A DNA stretch of 64,000 nucleotides from an uncultured virus (IMG/VR IMGVR_UViG_3300002125_000001) (Duplodnaviria > Heunggongvirae > Uroviricota > Caudoviricetes). Positions within the stretch are counted from its first letter, which is position 1. Each line of letters starts with the position of its first letter. Location of the stretch: IMG/VR virus record IMGVR_UViG_3300002125_000001; one strand, written 5' to 3'. Made by a program: the position numbers and the translations under genes. Shown in pieces: positions 20,110 to 29,765 of the stretch. The notes below the pieces were generated by a model. It saw nothing but the letters and a program-made list of their open reading frames with translations, ran no database searches and was not told the DNA's origin.

Positions 20110-23100
20110 TTACGACGCGTGAATTATATCAAGGACAGCCCACTCGCTTTCATTTAGGCCCGCCATATCGTAGTATTTCGGGTTGATGACGGCCCTTAGC
20201 CGAACCACATAATCTAAATTAGAAACGTATCCGGGCAGCGGTGCTTGCCTTGTTGTGTGCCGTTCCATATTATAGAAACCGATAGTTCTGAATTCCGAAT
20301 CTGGTTCACTTGCAAACTTAAATTGTAACTCCCATTTTAAAAAGAATCGCGTAATATCATCTTTTACAAACGGCGCAACGTTCATTTGAGGCCATTGCCA
20401 ACTAACAATGTCATTATACCATACCAAGTTGGTAGGGGCAACCGGCTTATCAACTAAAGCCGAAGTTATTATTTCACGAACGGTAGGCAAACTAAAATCC
20501 ACACCGTTCCAAACTTTCATACGATAGTAGTATTTGGTTTTTGGCAAGACGGTGCCGTCGCTAAACCTCATAACATCATGTTCGCTATCGAAAGAGGCAC
20601 GCCGGGCATTCAAAGAAACGGTATTGCCTCGAGCGAACAAATCCGACAACGCGCGGGTCAGCACAACAGAATTAGGGAACGGAACAGGGGGCCATGTAAA
20701 AGAACAAGATGTTGCCGAATTTACCGTTACCTCAAAATCAACAGCCGACGGCGGTTCATCGTATACCTCCATTTCATACGAATAACTTACGTACAGCCGC
20801 TGGTCCTCGTTCTTAGTAACCGGTTCCTCCAAATTTAACGCGGACATCATCCATGACCATTGCGGCTGCCACCGCTGCATTTGGTTGACCGTGATCGGCA
20901 CAAGACCGTCCGCCGTTGACAACAAGGCTATTTTAACCCCGTCCACCCCGAACGGAAAATTCCGGATAAATTCAAATTCCGAATCTAATACTACGCCATG
21001 CTGGTATGTATCTGAAGAGCACAGCACAACATCTCTTGCGCTTTCTACTTCGTCATCGTAAAACCACGTAAAAGTAGAAACACCTCGTAAAAAATGGGTT
21101 ACGGGCAGGTAGTACAGACCGTACCCGGCTTCGCCGTGTGGGTCATAACCGCCGACAACGTAATCGCCGCCGAGTGTCGTCGTGTCGATCTCGGCATCTT
21201 TTTGTGAAGTCGTCCGGCCGACGGCGAACGGCAACACGGCGACCCTCCCGTGATACTGAAAAATACTGGGGTTGTTTCTGATATTAGGTCCGAACCCGGC
21301 GGTTGTCCAACGAACGTAAAAGGCGTTCAGAGTAAACTTGTGCAATTCAACGCCCACGCCTCCGGGGTGGACCCCGTGCTCGTCTTCGTATTCCTCAAAT
21401 TCGCCCACGCCGAGCGACATGAAAATTTCAATTTTGTCTTCCCGCTCGGAATTCCCACGAACGGCGACCATTACGGGCGCGTTTTCCTGCCAAATAGAAA
21501 GCGGGATACTATTTCCGCCGGTGGCGTATACGATGTCCGTCTCAAACTGTTGCTTCATTCCGGACCCACCGCCGGAAAGACTATCTTGGTAGTCGATCAC
21601 AAACGTTCTACCGATACACCGAAAGACGCCGGTTTCCTTACCGTCTTTTATACGCTGCTCCAACCGGTCCCGTTCATTCTGCAGGTTTAGAAGATCATTT
21701 TCTAAAATAGCAATCGAATTTAATGTGGATGCTACAAAGTTATCGATTAAACCACTCTCATCTTCTGAACCGTACACAACTGCAATCGCCTGCATTACGT
21801 ATGCGTACACTGTGTAATACGCCTCTATACGAGCCATATCGATGGCCTTATTTAACGCTAACTGTAACAAGAAATCTGCCTCGATTTCTGTTATAAGCCC
21901 GTTATTCAAATCATCATGGATTTCCTGTACAATATCTGTATATATGCTTCCCAATATCCCAATAATAGTCGTTTCTAAGTCTTGGATAATTTGCGCCACA
22001 CCATTTTCCAGCTCCTGCCTCAAGTTGACGATCCTTCCAGACGTTGACACAATATCGGCATTAACTTGATCCAGTTGATCTTCCAGTTCGTCCAAATGTT
22101 CAAATATCGCTCGGCCCTTGTTGACGCGGAACGCCTTCCCGTTCCCGATAGCGAACCCCCCGGAAACAAGGGGTGCAACAAAACTTTCCGGGGTCGTAGT
22201 GTACCGTTCGCCCGTAATGATGTTGGTAAACGAAGGCATTCCCGCTCTATTGTCGTCAAATTGCAGCGACAACAGATCGTAGAAATTGATAAAACCGTAT
22301 GGGCCGACGGCGTACAGACCATCGCCAAACCGTCCCTCTCGGTACAGCATACCTGGCGGGTCAACAAAAGTAGATTTTTCCGGTTTGATAGTTGCGGACG
22401 CACGCAAAAACGGGGCAATCAAAAAGTAATCCGACCGTTTGTTTGCGACAATGGCGGGCACCCCCGATTGGGAAGGGTCTTTCCACCAATTATGCCATGC
22501 GGTATCCCACGATTCGGGCAGCTCTGCAGGCGACTGGGCTATGGCAATCGCCGTCTTATCCCTATTTCCTGGCATCGCGCCCATAACGACGCTACTAAAC
22601 GTACCCGCCCCGTTGTCCTTGTAATAGCACGTTGTGAATTTAGGGTTCGACCGTACTTTATCCCAATGACTCGCGTGTCGATGATCGGGCACTAAAAATC
22701 GCGGGTCATCTGCTTCTTTCGTATACGAATTGCCGTAAAAGACAACAACGGATTCCTCTTCATCTCGTTCTGTGGTTATGGAATTCAAAGAAATATCGAA
22801 CGTAGGAGGGATATAAGATTGCGGGTTTACAAAAACAAGGCGGGACATCAAAAACATACTAAACTGGCCGGTGCCTGAAGTATGACGTACTATTTGGTAC
22901 CCCTGCATTAAATTTGTATCGTAGACAACGTTCGTGTCTTTGTCAACAAGCGGCGACGTTGCTTTCAAATACGGATTGCTTCGCAAAAACAAACTAATCG
23001 GATTGGCGTTCACGTGATCCAATACTATTTGTTCCCCCTGGTATACTTCTTCCTCCTCGTATACCTTCATACGCTTAACAGCGACCGAATCTTTTGGAGT

Positions 23101-23241
23101 GGGGTTGGCAAGCAGAAGCCATCGGGCGAACGCTTCCGTTATCTGGTTCCGTTGGCGCACGTGTTTATCTACCCGCCCGGTTTTTTTATCAACCAGCCAA
23201 ATATCAACGTACCCGTTAAGAAGAACCAACGAATTTGCCAC
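20110..23241 (-). CDS. FN3-domain tail/baseplate protein (paralog 1) with coiled-coil insertion
   Basis: GYVDIWLVDK..RVDKHVRQRNQITEAFARWLL; FN3-like VLPKTKYYYRMKVWN. Confidence 0.7.
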   Translation of the reverse strand: MANSLVLLNGYVDIWLVDKKTGRVDKHVRQRNQITEAFARWLLLANPTPKDSVAVKRMKVYEEEEVYQGEQIVLDHVNANPISLFLRSNPYLKATSPLVDKDTNVVYDTNLMQGYQIVRHTSGTGQFSMFLMSRLVFVNPQSYIPPTFDISLNSITTERDEEESVVVFYGNSYTKEADDPRFLVPDHRHASHWDKVRSNPKFTTCYYKDNGAGTFSSVVMGAMPGNRDKTAIAIAQSPAELPESWDTAWHNWWKDPSQSGVPAIVANKRSDYFLIAPFLRASATIKPEKSTFVDPPGMLYREGRFGDGLYAVGPYGFINFYDLLSLQFDDNRAGMPSFTNIITGERYTTTPESFVAPLVSGGFAIGNGKAFRVNKGRAIFEHLDELEDQLDQVNADIVSTSGRIVNLRQELENGVAQIIQDLETTIIGILGSIYTDIVQEIHDDLNNGLITEIEADFLLQLALNKAIDMARIEAYYTVYAYVMQAIAVVYGSEDESGLIDNFVASTLNSIAILENDLLNLQNERDRLEQRIKDGKETGVFRCIGRTFVIDYQDSLSGGGSGMKQQFETDIVYATGGNSIPLSIWQENAPVMVAVRGNSEREDKIEIFMSLGVGEFEEYEDEHGVHPGGVGVELHKFTLNAFYVRWTTAGFGPNIRNNPSIFQYHGRVAVLPFAVGRTTSQKDAEIDTTTLGGDYVVGGYDPHGEAGYGLYYLPVTHFLRGVSTFTWFYDDEVESARDVVLCSSDTYQHGVVLDSEFEFIRNFPFGVDGVKIALLSTADGLVPITVNQMQRWQPQWSWMMSALNLEEPVTKNEDQRLYVSYSYEMEVYDEPPSAVDFEVTVNSATSCSFTWPPVPFPNSVVLTRALSDLFARGNTVSLNARRASFDSEHDVMRFSDGTVLPKTKYYYRMKVWNGVDFSLPTVREIITSALVDKPVAPTNLVWYNDIVSWQWPQMNVAPFVKDDITRFFLKWELQFKFASEPDSEFRTIGFYNMERHTTRQAPLPGYVSNLDYVVRLRAVINPKYYDMAGLNESEWAVLDIIHAS

Positions 23242-23243
23242 AG

Positions 23244-24569
23244 CTAAAACAGGTAAATGGACCCGGTTAAATCCTCATATCCCATAACATTGGAAGGCGG
23301 CTCACGAGGGGGCGTTTCATTCGGATCGCCGACGAATACATGTTCTTGGGAAATATCCGTCAAAAGCGTAACATCCGGCTGCGTGATGTGTGGCGCAACC
23401 GGTTGGTGTACTATATCCCAAAGCAGCAACGGCTCACTCATTTCATGGAATACGCTACCGCGATGCCCTATTTCCTCGTAATACGTCAAAATATCCTCAA
23501 CGCCACCATGTAGCGTGTCGTTCTTAATCTCGCCGCTTGCCCAAATAAACACGGGTTCCACAAAAGCAACCGAAACTCCGAATCTAGGTGTCTCAAACCT
23601 GTCTCGAATACGGAGGTGAATATCGTAAATATCGTGTATGGTGCTTTCGGTAGTCCCGTAAGAAATTAGGCTACTTGCCGACCAGCCGTCCCGAACATCG
23701 AATATAGCATTTGTAAGCGCATGGTACTGGACGAAATCATCTATCGTAAAATGAGAATATACATCCTTTTCGATAATTACCTGCCATTGATAATTTACAT
23801 GACCTTTGACCGTAAACGAATCGTAAACATCATGCGATATCGTAACAAGATACGAATGAGTTACGAAATCTTTTTTTGAACGGAGCCAACTTACGCCTGC
23901 ATCAAAATAAACAAAATCTACGGAATAGGCCGACGTGCTATCTGAGATAACCAGAATATCGTCCAAAAAGGCGCGGCTGCTACTGGGTATAGTCATCGGA
24001 GCCTCCAGCCAACCGATTGGGGTAGACCAACCCAATTCATCGGGGGAACCGATGAAATTTGTCACTCGGTACACGTACTTGCCCGGCGCAACATACAAAA
24101 CCGTAAACTGCCTACTAAAAACGCGGACCGTATACGAGCCTGCGTATTCATCCGTTCCGGTAAACATAATATCCGTAAAATCAGGGGTAAGACCCCACTG
24201 CCACCAGATACGCGTCATACCCGTAACGGGATCGTAGCGATACCCAATTTTACGGAGGAGAATATCGTCCGGCGTAAACGTTTTCAACGTTTTCAACGGT
24301 CCGATTATTTGCGAAGTGCAACCGGACCTATTACACGCGGTAAGTTTGAAATAATACGCCGTATTTGGTTCTAACGCGGTTGCCGTAAACGTATGCGCAT
24401 CGCCCGAAAGTGGAAATTCGTCGATAACCACGTCCGTTTGCCATATAGCCACTGGCGGATTCTTTGTTGTATCCCAGCCTACAACGTATTTGTCAAACAA
24501 ACGCGACGTGCTTACGGAGACGGTATAATAAGAAACGAAGGTCGGGTCGGCCAAAACAAAGCTCCGCAA
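23244..24569 (-). CDS. FN3-containing tail-associated protein
   Basis: ALEPNTAYYFKLTACNRSG FN3 signature; position in tail cluster. Confidence 0.6.
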   Translation of the reverse strand: MRSFVLADPTFVSYYTVSVSTSRLFDKYVVGWDTTKNPPVAIWQTDVVIDEFPLSGDAHTFTATALEPNTAYYFKLTACNRSGCTSQIIGPLKTLKTFTPDDILLRKIGYRYDPVTGMTRIWWQWGLTPDFTDIMFTGTDEYAGSYTVRVFSRQFTVLYVAPGKYVYRVTNFIGSPDELGWSTPIGWLEAPMTIPSSSRAFLDDILVISDSTSAYSVDFVYFDAGVSWLRSKKDFVTHSYLVTISHDVYDSFTVKGHVNYQWQVIIEKDVYSHFTIDDFVQYHALTNAIFDVRDGWSASSLISYGTTESTIHDIYDIHLRIRDRFETPRFGVSVAFVEPVFIWASGEIKNDTLHGGVEDILTYYEEIGHRGSVFHEMSEPLLLWDIVHQPVAPHITQPDVTLLTDISQEHVFVGDPNETPPREPPSNVMGYEDLTGSIYLF

Positions 24570-24575
24570 CGAAAT

Positions 24576-27131
24576 TTACAATGTAGTAAGCGTGCTACAG
24601 GGGACGTAACACGCAGCGGCGAGCATCAGTTGGAAATTAGTATCGTCCCTTACCAACCGGTATTGTTGACCCACCAATTGCGGGGCACAATTCTCCTGCG
24701 CCGTCGCCTTATAAAAACAGGAGGGGGTCTTGCTGGGCACCGCGTACCCGAACGGGACAAAAGTCAGATTGACCGAGTTCGGGTACTCCAACGAGAACCG
24801 GTCCCGCTTCATAAAAAGCGCGATACTCGCCTTATTTTCACAATCGTTGAACGCCCCGAACGGCTCCCGCATATCCGGCTTACTATTGCCTTCCGTAAGT
24901 CTCATCGCGGCGTAGTAAATATGGTTCGGCTCACGGAGATTCGGTAGTTCTTTAATATATGCCCGCTTAGTGATCCAAAAATCATCTTCCGTTATTATTT
25001 TCTGAACATCAATTTCGTCGTTCGTTGGTCGCCGTCGGGCGATGTCCACAAATTTGATGTGCGGGGTGCCTTCTATATCCGTTAAATAGCGTTCCGGTGG
25101 AGTTACCTCCGCGTACACAAAATCAACGGGGTACTCATACCACGTTTTTGTGGGATCGTCGGGGTCTTTGATAAAATCACGGTGAACGTAATATAACAGT
25201 TCGATAGCTTTCATTTCGTACTGAATACGTTCGCCGGGTATGAGTATTTCGTTCCGGTCGCTTTCTTTACAAAACGCCGGTATCCATTGTTTTGTCTCTT
25301 TATGCGCGAGCCGTGGCTTCGACGTTACCATCATCCGGTTCACGGACGTAATACCGGGCCAGAACGGAAACGAATTGATCTGATCGTATTCGATATATTT
25401 TGGTGTAAACTCCCACGTACATTCCCCGGTCTGCGGATCGCATGAAACAAGGTCATACATGCCGTAATTGGTATCGCCGTTGATCGGCTGCTGCGGATTC
25501 CGCTTGTACGTTTTGATGCTGCCGCCATCTTCATATTCAAATGTGGCCTCGCCTGTACTTGCATCGGCTTCTTTAAACACGCCGATAATAGCCGGGTTCG
25601 GACGTGGTAACTTAATAATCTCTTTTTCCACCTGCGGCGAGCTGCCACCGGCACCACTGCCCCAATCATATTCAAATTTCAGCCAGCCGCAGGTGGACGG
25701 TTCTTCTGAACCATCGATAAGCTGATGGATGCCGGGCGTGTTTCCCAACGCATCGACGCGGACACGTCGCATGTACGCCGGTTTGGTTTTTGTGAACGGG
25801 TCCAAAAACATTTGCACGCCAGTAGTATGTGGCGTATACTTACCCCCCCCTTCATAAACAACGTATTCTTCGTCCGTACTCGATTTGAAAGAGAATAACT
25901 GCGTCCAAACCCACCCAGTTTCGATATTATGGTGCCTGCCATCAAGGTATTCTTGCGGGACTTTGGTAGGGGCCGCGTCGCCCTTTTTTATCATCGCAAA
26001 CGTTTCGATGGGCACTTTGTCTGCGCCCGAATAATACGCACATTGCGGCAAACCCAGATCGCCCAAAACGGGTTCGATCAGTCCCATACTTTTTGCGCCC
26101 AGATACGACGCGGCTATTTGGGTGGCGTCCAATACGTCATGTTGCAGAAATCCCAATTTGTCGGCATCGGAAGATGTGCCCCTCGACTTTGTGTACCCGT
26201 TCGGACGCGGGTTGACGTCGGCGAACGACAATTGTGGCGAAATAGGCAATACCACGAGGGCCTCCCCACCCTCCAAGTCGGTATCGGGCACCGGTTTGTA
26301 CAACGCCTCGACATACCCGGACGTTCCCGGAAGGTCATCCGGTATTATCGGGTCTACCATAGAACCAATACCGGATATATTTCCGTTTATATCCACCCCC
26401 GGCGGGCGCGGCCATACGTTATCAAGGTAGAACCCCTGCTGATCTCCCAAACGAGGGTCGGCAGGGTGCGGGCTCATCTCAAAACCGATCTCGACCTTAC
26501 CTCTAATCGGCCCGTACCCTTCCAACCGGAGCGGATTGAAAAGCGGGTCGGCATTCATAGCGTTCAAAACGGGTGCTTCGGGCGGCCCTGTCACCTGATG
26601 CCTGAGAACGATGAATTCTGCCTTTAGCTCATTGCTTGAGGCGATCAGCCGTTCTCCGTCCCATTCGCACAACTGGCCCTCCGCCATAAAACCGGGCTGC
26701 GCTCGCAGGACGTATTTCTTGCCGGGGATCAACGCTTCGCACGCGATCATCTTCCGTTCGCCCTTACCCGTTATTTGCGGCGGCGAATAGGGCGCGCCGG
26801 TTATATCCGTTTTTTGCGAGCCTACGACGTCTATACTCGAATTGCCGAGCGTGTAGAAAGGCTGCGAACCGCGACGGCGGACGGTGGACCATTTATGCGC
26901 GGATTCCGTCGGCTTGCAATAGATAACCGAATGCGACTTTACGGTCCCCACGTCGGAATCTGTCAAATCCGCCATCGATTGTTCGTTAAGCGGGGACGGA
27001 ATAATGAAATTCATACCGTCCCCAAATATCCCGTTCTGCGCGGACGGACCGCCTGAGTTGCGGAGCAACCTGTTGACCGTATCGGCCTGTAATTGTTCGC
27101 CGGGCTTGTAGGGACGGAGTGGAAGCGTCAT
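24576..27131 (-). CDS. putative tail tip/hub protein
   Basis: 851 aa; second structural-looking gene downstream of the tape measure gene. Confidence 0.5.
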   Translation of the reverse strand: MTLPLRPYKPGEQLQADTVNRLLRNSGGPSAQNGIFGDGMNFIIPSPLNEQSMADLTDSDVGTVKSHSVIYCKPTESAHKWSTVRRRGSQPFYTLGNSSIDVVGSQKTDITGAPYSPPQITGKGERKMIACEALIPGKKYVLRAQPGFMAEGQLCEWDGERLIASSNELKAEFIVLRHQVTGPPEAPVLNAMNADPLFNPLRLEGYGPIRGKVEIGFEMSPHPADPRLGDQQGFYLDNVWPRPPGVDINGNISGIGSMVDPIIPDDLPGTSGYVEALYKPVPDTDLEGGEALVVLPISPQLSFADVNPRPNGYTKSRGTSSDADKLGFLQHDVLDATQIAASYLGAKSMGLIEPVLGDLGLPQCAYYSGADKVPIETFAMIKKGDAAPTKVPQEYLDGRHHNIETGWVWTQLFSFKSSTDEEYVVYEGGGKYTPHTTGVQMFLDPFTKTKPAYMRRVRVDALGNTPGIHQLIDGSEEPSTCGWLKFEYDWGSGAGGSSPQVEKEIIKLPRPNPAIIGVFKEADASTGEATFEYEDGGSIKTYKRNPQQPINGDTNYGMYDLVSCDPQTGECTWEFTPKYIEYDQINSFPFWPGITSVNRMMVTSKPRLAHKETKQWIPAFCKESDRNEILIPGERIQYEMKAIELLYYVHRDFIKDPDDPTKTWYEYPVDFVYAEVTPPERYLTDIEGTPHIKFVDIARRRPTNDEIDVQKIITEDDFWITKRAYIKELPNLREPNHIYYAAMRLTEGNSKPDMREPFGAFNDCENKASIALFMKRDRFSLEYPNSVNLTFVPFGYAVPSKTPSCFYKATAQENCAPQLVGQQYRLVRDDTNFQLMLAAACYVPCSTLTTL

Positions 27132-27144
27132 TAGCTAAGTTAGT

Positions 27145-28365
27145 TTAGGATTCAAGAACAATAGGCAGTTTATCCCACGTGAACACGTTAGAGCCTATAA
27201 ATAAGGCATCGTCAACTACGGCGTTGGTCAAGTAGGTGTCTACAACCAACTTTCGTAACGACACGAAAATATTTCGATACAACCAAAAATAGGTACCGTT
27301 CCCCGTTTTAGCTTTCGGATCGTAATCTGGATTGTACCGAAATGTTCTTACGATATAATCATCGCCCATCATTTGATCTTCGGCGAGCGGCCCCGCCACG
27401 GGGAGACCATCAAGGGGGCCTCCCTCATGCAAGCCTTGATCCGGGCGGCTGTCGAAAGTCAAAACGGGGAACGGAGCTGGCGTGTACAGCCAATACGGGG
27501 CACCTTTGTACATAATCCGATCCACCCCGTGCGGGCGTTGGAAATTGTTCCAACCAATCGGGTTCCAGTTTAGTTCAAACTGTAGATTCCATTGCGACGA
27601 CACGGTAGGATCGTCGGTCAAATTGATCTGCCGGTCCATAGAGACGGGGTTAAAAAGTAACTGACCGGGCTGCGCAACAAAAGAAGGAACGTACACAGGC
27701 TCCCCATCACTATCGTACACAGGCTTCCCTGTTAGCGGATCAATCTTTATCTGGGCCGATATAATATCTGACCATACATTCGAGTTGCATTTCCCGGCCA
27801 GTAGGAAGAACCAACGGGGGATACGGCGGACCCCGCTAAGGGTCCGCGATATTTTGAGTGAAAACGACATAGCTGCGGGTGCCTCCTTATCCAACACGGG
27901 CGACCCGTCCGAATGCCAGTAATAGCCCCAAGAAGGCAGCGTTCGCATCCCGATACTCGGCGTAACGGTTTGTTGTACCGCGCCGTTAAATCTGGCCACG
28001 CCTTCGTAGCTTGCGTCAATCTGGCACATGGTATGCGGCTGCCATACAAGATTGCTCGATTGATTCCAACCGACGGGCGGTGTCTGTCCTTCGGCTCCGA
28101 GCGGTTTCGACGACAGCGAAGAACATATAGGGGGGTAATAAGTACTAAAAAAGAATGCGTCCTCGTCCACGCTATTAAACATAGGTTGGTATATGGACCG
28201 GGACGCTCTTTGCATGACCATGGCGCGGTGTTTCCATTCGCAAATATACGATATACTTGCGGTAAACTTCTCTTTCGCCCACTGCTCGGACCGGCTCCCG
28301 TTTACCTCCCAAACGAAACCGACAGGTAGCCACGAAGTATAGTTTGGACGTACAGTATCAGCCAT
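27145..28365 (-). CDS. putative distal tail protein
   Basis: 406 aa, aromatic and beta-rich; first structural-looking gene downstream of the tape measure gene. Confidence 0.45.
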   Translation of the reverse strand: MADTVRPNYTSWLPVGFVWEVNGSRSEQWAKEKFTASISYICEWKHRAMVMQRASRSIYQPMFNSVDEDAFFFSTYYPPICSSLSSKPLGAEGQTPPVGWNQSSNLVWQPHTMCQIDASYEGVARFNGAVQQTVTPSIGMRTLPSWGYYWHSDGSPVLDKEAPAAMSFSLKISRTLSGVRRIPRWFFLLAGKCNSNVWSDIISAQIKIDPLTGKPVYDSDGEPVYVPSFVAQPGQLLFNPVSMDRQINLTDDPTVSSQWNLQFELNWNPIGWNNFQRPHGVDRIMYKGAPYWLYTPAPFPVLTFDSRPDQGLHEGGPLDGLPVAGPLAEDQMMGDDYIVRTFRYNPDYDPKAKTGNGTYFWLYRNIFVSLRKLVVDTYLTNAVVDDALFIGSNVFTWDKLPIVLES

Positions 28366-28632
28366 AGCAGGGGCAGGGGAATATGTTTACGGGAATGTTT
28401 ATGCCGAGGCAACCGACATATTATATCAAGAACTGTGAAAGAAACAACCGAACCGCCAAAAATTTAGTAGCATCCGCCAAATAAAGTTTGCGAAATTCCG
28501 TTCTGAAAAACTTTTATAGAGCCGAAAGGTTTGGCCAGCGGTTCCTTGATAGGAGGCTTTTACGTCACATGGAACTCACGGCGAAGGTTTTTATGTTAAT
28601 CTAACCATTTAGGTTCTGACCTATTGCAACGT

Positions 28633-29154
28633 TCAATGGCAACTGCCTTCAGTTATAGGTCCTATCCATTTCATTATGTTTTTACGAGGGAATTCCCAAG
28701 CAACTTCTTCCGGAGGCAGTGATGATTGGAATACGGGGTATCGTTGTCTGCCGTATTTTTCTACCAATTCGTGCGCTTCTTGTTTGTCTTTGGCCCTGAC
28801 GCAAAATGCACCCGAACGAAAATAAGTAATCTCTACCTCATAGCATTTTTTTGCATCAGACTTTCCCGCATCGCGAATCATCGCGGGCAGTACACGTTTA
28901 GATTCTCTTACCGCATTAATGCCGTGTACATTCGGTGGGCTGCCCACGGCCCGAAACTCCCACCCGATAAGAGGCGATTTTTTATTTGAATTTTTTTCGG
29001 GGAATGTAAAGCAAGCTCTTGAAGAGTATTTCCTACATTGATTTTCTACCAATGTGATTGCTTCTGTTGTGCCTGTCGCGTAAACAAAAAATTTCCCTGT
29101 ATACGTAAGCATAACGGGCACTTTATAGTTATTCTTTTTCATTGCCTTTTCCAT
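28633..29154 (-). CDS. partner (putative antitoxin/immunity) of the HigB-like gene; two internally repeated domains
   Basis: Starts 6 nt after the HigB-like stop; repeats YKVPVMLTYTGKFFVYA..EAITLVE and YEVEITYFRSGAFCVRA..EAHELVE, each followed by WEF; no HTH. Confidence 0.55.
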   Translation of the reverse strand: MEKAMKKNNYKVPVMLTYTGKFFVYATGTTEAITLVENQCRKYSSRACFTFPEKNSNKKSPLIGWEFRAVGSPPNVHGINAVRESKRVLPAMIRDAGKSDAKKCYEVEITYFRSGAFCVRAKDKQEAHELVEKYGRQRYPVFQSSLPPEEVAWEFPRKNIMKWIGPITEGSCH

Positions 29155-29160
29155 GTGTTG

Positions 29161-29673
29161 TTAGTGATAATCCGTAATTTCCTGTATTTCAATTTCTGTA
29201 ACTTTCGACCAATCTAAATTACCGTTTGCATCTACGGGAATTGGATCATGCTTTGGCACAAAGATTAAACGCCACCCACCATGCAAAGCGCCAGCAAGTT
29301 GCCCTGCCCTATCGTCTTTTAAGCTGTGAAAATTACCTTTATTGTCACGAACTCCCCGCAATTCTTTACGCCCCTTCAATTCTTCAAGTGTTATAGCTCT
29401 TTCAAGTCTCTTTAATTGCTTTTCAAGCACAATATGATTTTTTGGATTTCCACCATCGCCTCCAAATTCGATATTTCCGGGCGTACATTCAGCTTCTACC
29501 TGAGGATTAGCGTAGGAAATGCCAACCATATTATCAACGGCGTCATCATTCCAAACCTTGCCGTCTGCCGACTGACATTCTTTTATGGTTTGGAACGACG
29601 CATTGCCGCCGATGCAACGACAATCGCCAGAACCAGGCAGTTCGCTAAAACTGTTTACAACATTCATTTTCAT
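29161..29673 (-). CDS. class B leader fused to a HigB/RelE-like (plasmid killer) toxin domain
   Basis: C-terminal FHSLKDDRAGQLAGALHGGWRLIFVP...DWSKVTEIEIQEITDYH is the HigB signature; N-terminus MNVVNSFSEL...ASFQ...VDN|M. Confidence 0.8.
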   Translation of the reverse strand: MKMNVVNSFSELPGSGDCRCIGGNASFQTIKECQSADGKVWNDDAVDNMVGISYANPQVEAECTPGNIEFGGDGGNPKNHIVLEKQLKRLERAITLEELKGRKELRGVRDNKGNFHSLKDDRAGQLAGALHGGWRLIFVPKHDPIPVDANGNLDWSKVTEIEIQEITDYH

Positions 29674-29685
29674 TCTCCTTTTTAT

Positions 29686-29713
29686 AGTATGCCGATTTCT
29701 TAAAATAAATCAA
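29686..29713 (-). promoter_or_regulatory. sigma70-like promoter TTGATT-N16-CATACT
   Basis: Related motifs at 44015-44041, 44828-44855, 55595-55623 and 58996-59023, each just upstream of a minus-strand gene. Confidence 0.55.
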
Positions 29714-29737
29714 CAAGCATGGATTCAAAAAGGCAAA

Positions 29738-29757
29738 AGCCCGCCACGTGGCGGGCT
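29738..29757 (-). terminator. palindrome AGCCCGCCACGTGGCGGGCT with minus-strand U-tract; terminator after the tape measure gene
   Basis: Perfect 20-bp palindrome 8 nt after the TMP stop, running into a T-rich tract (TTTTGCCTTTT) on the minus strand. Confidence 0.65.
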
Positions 29758-29765
29758 CGCCCATT

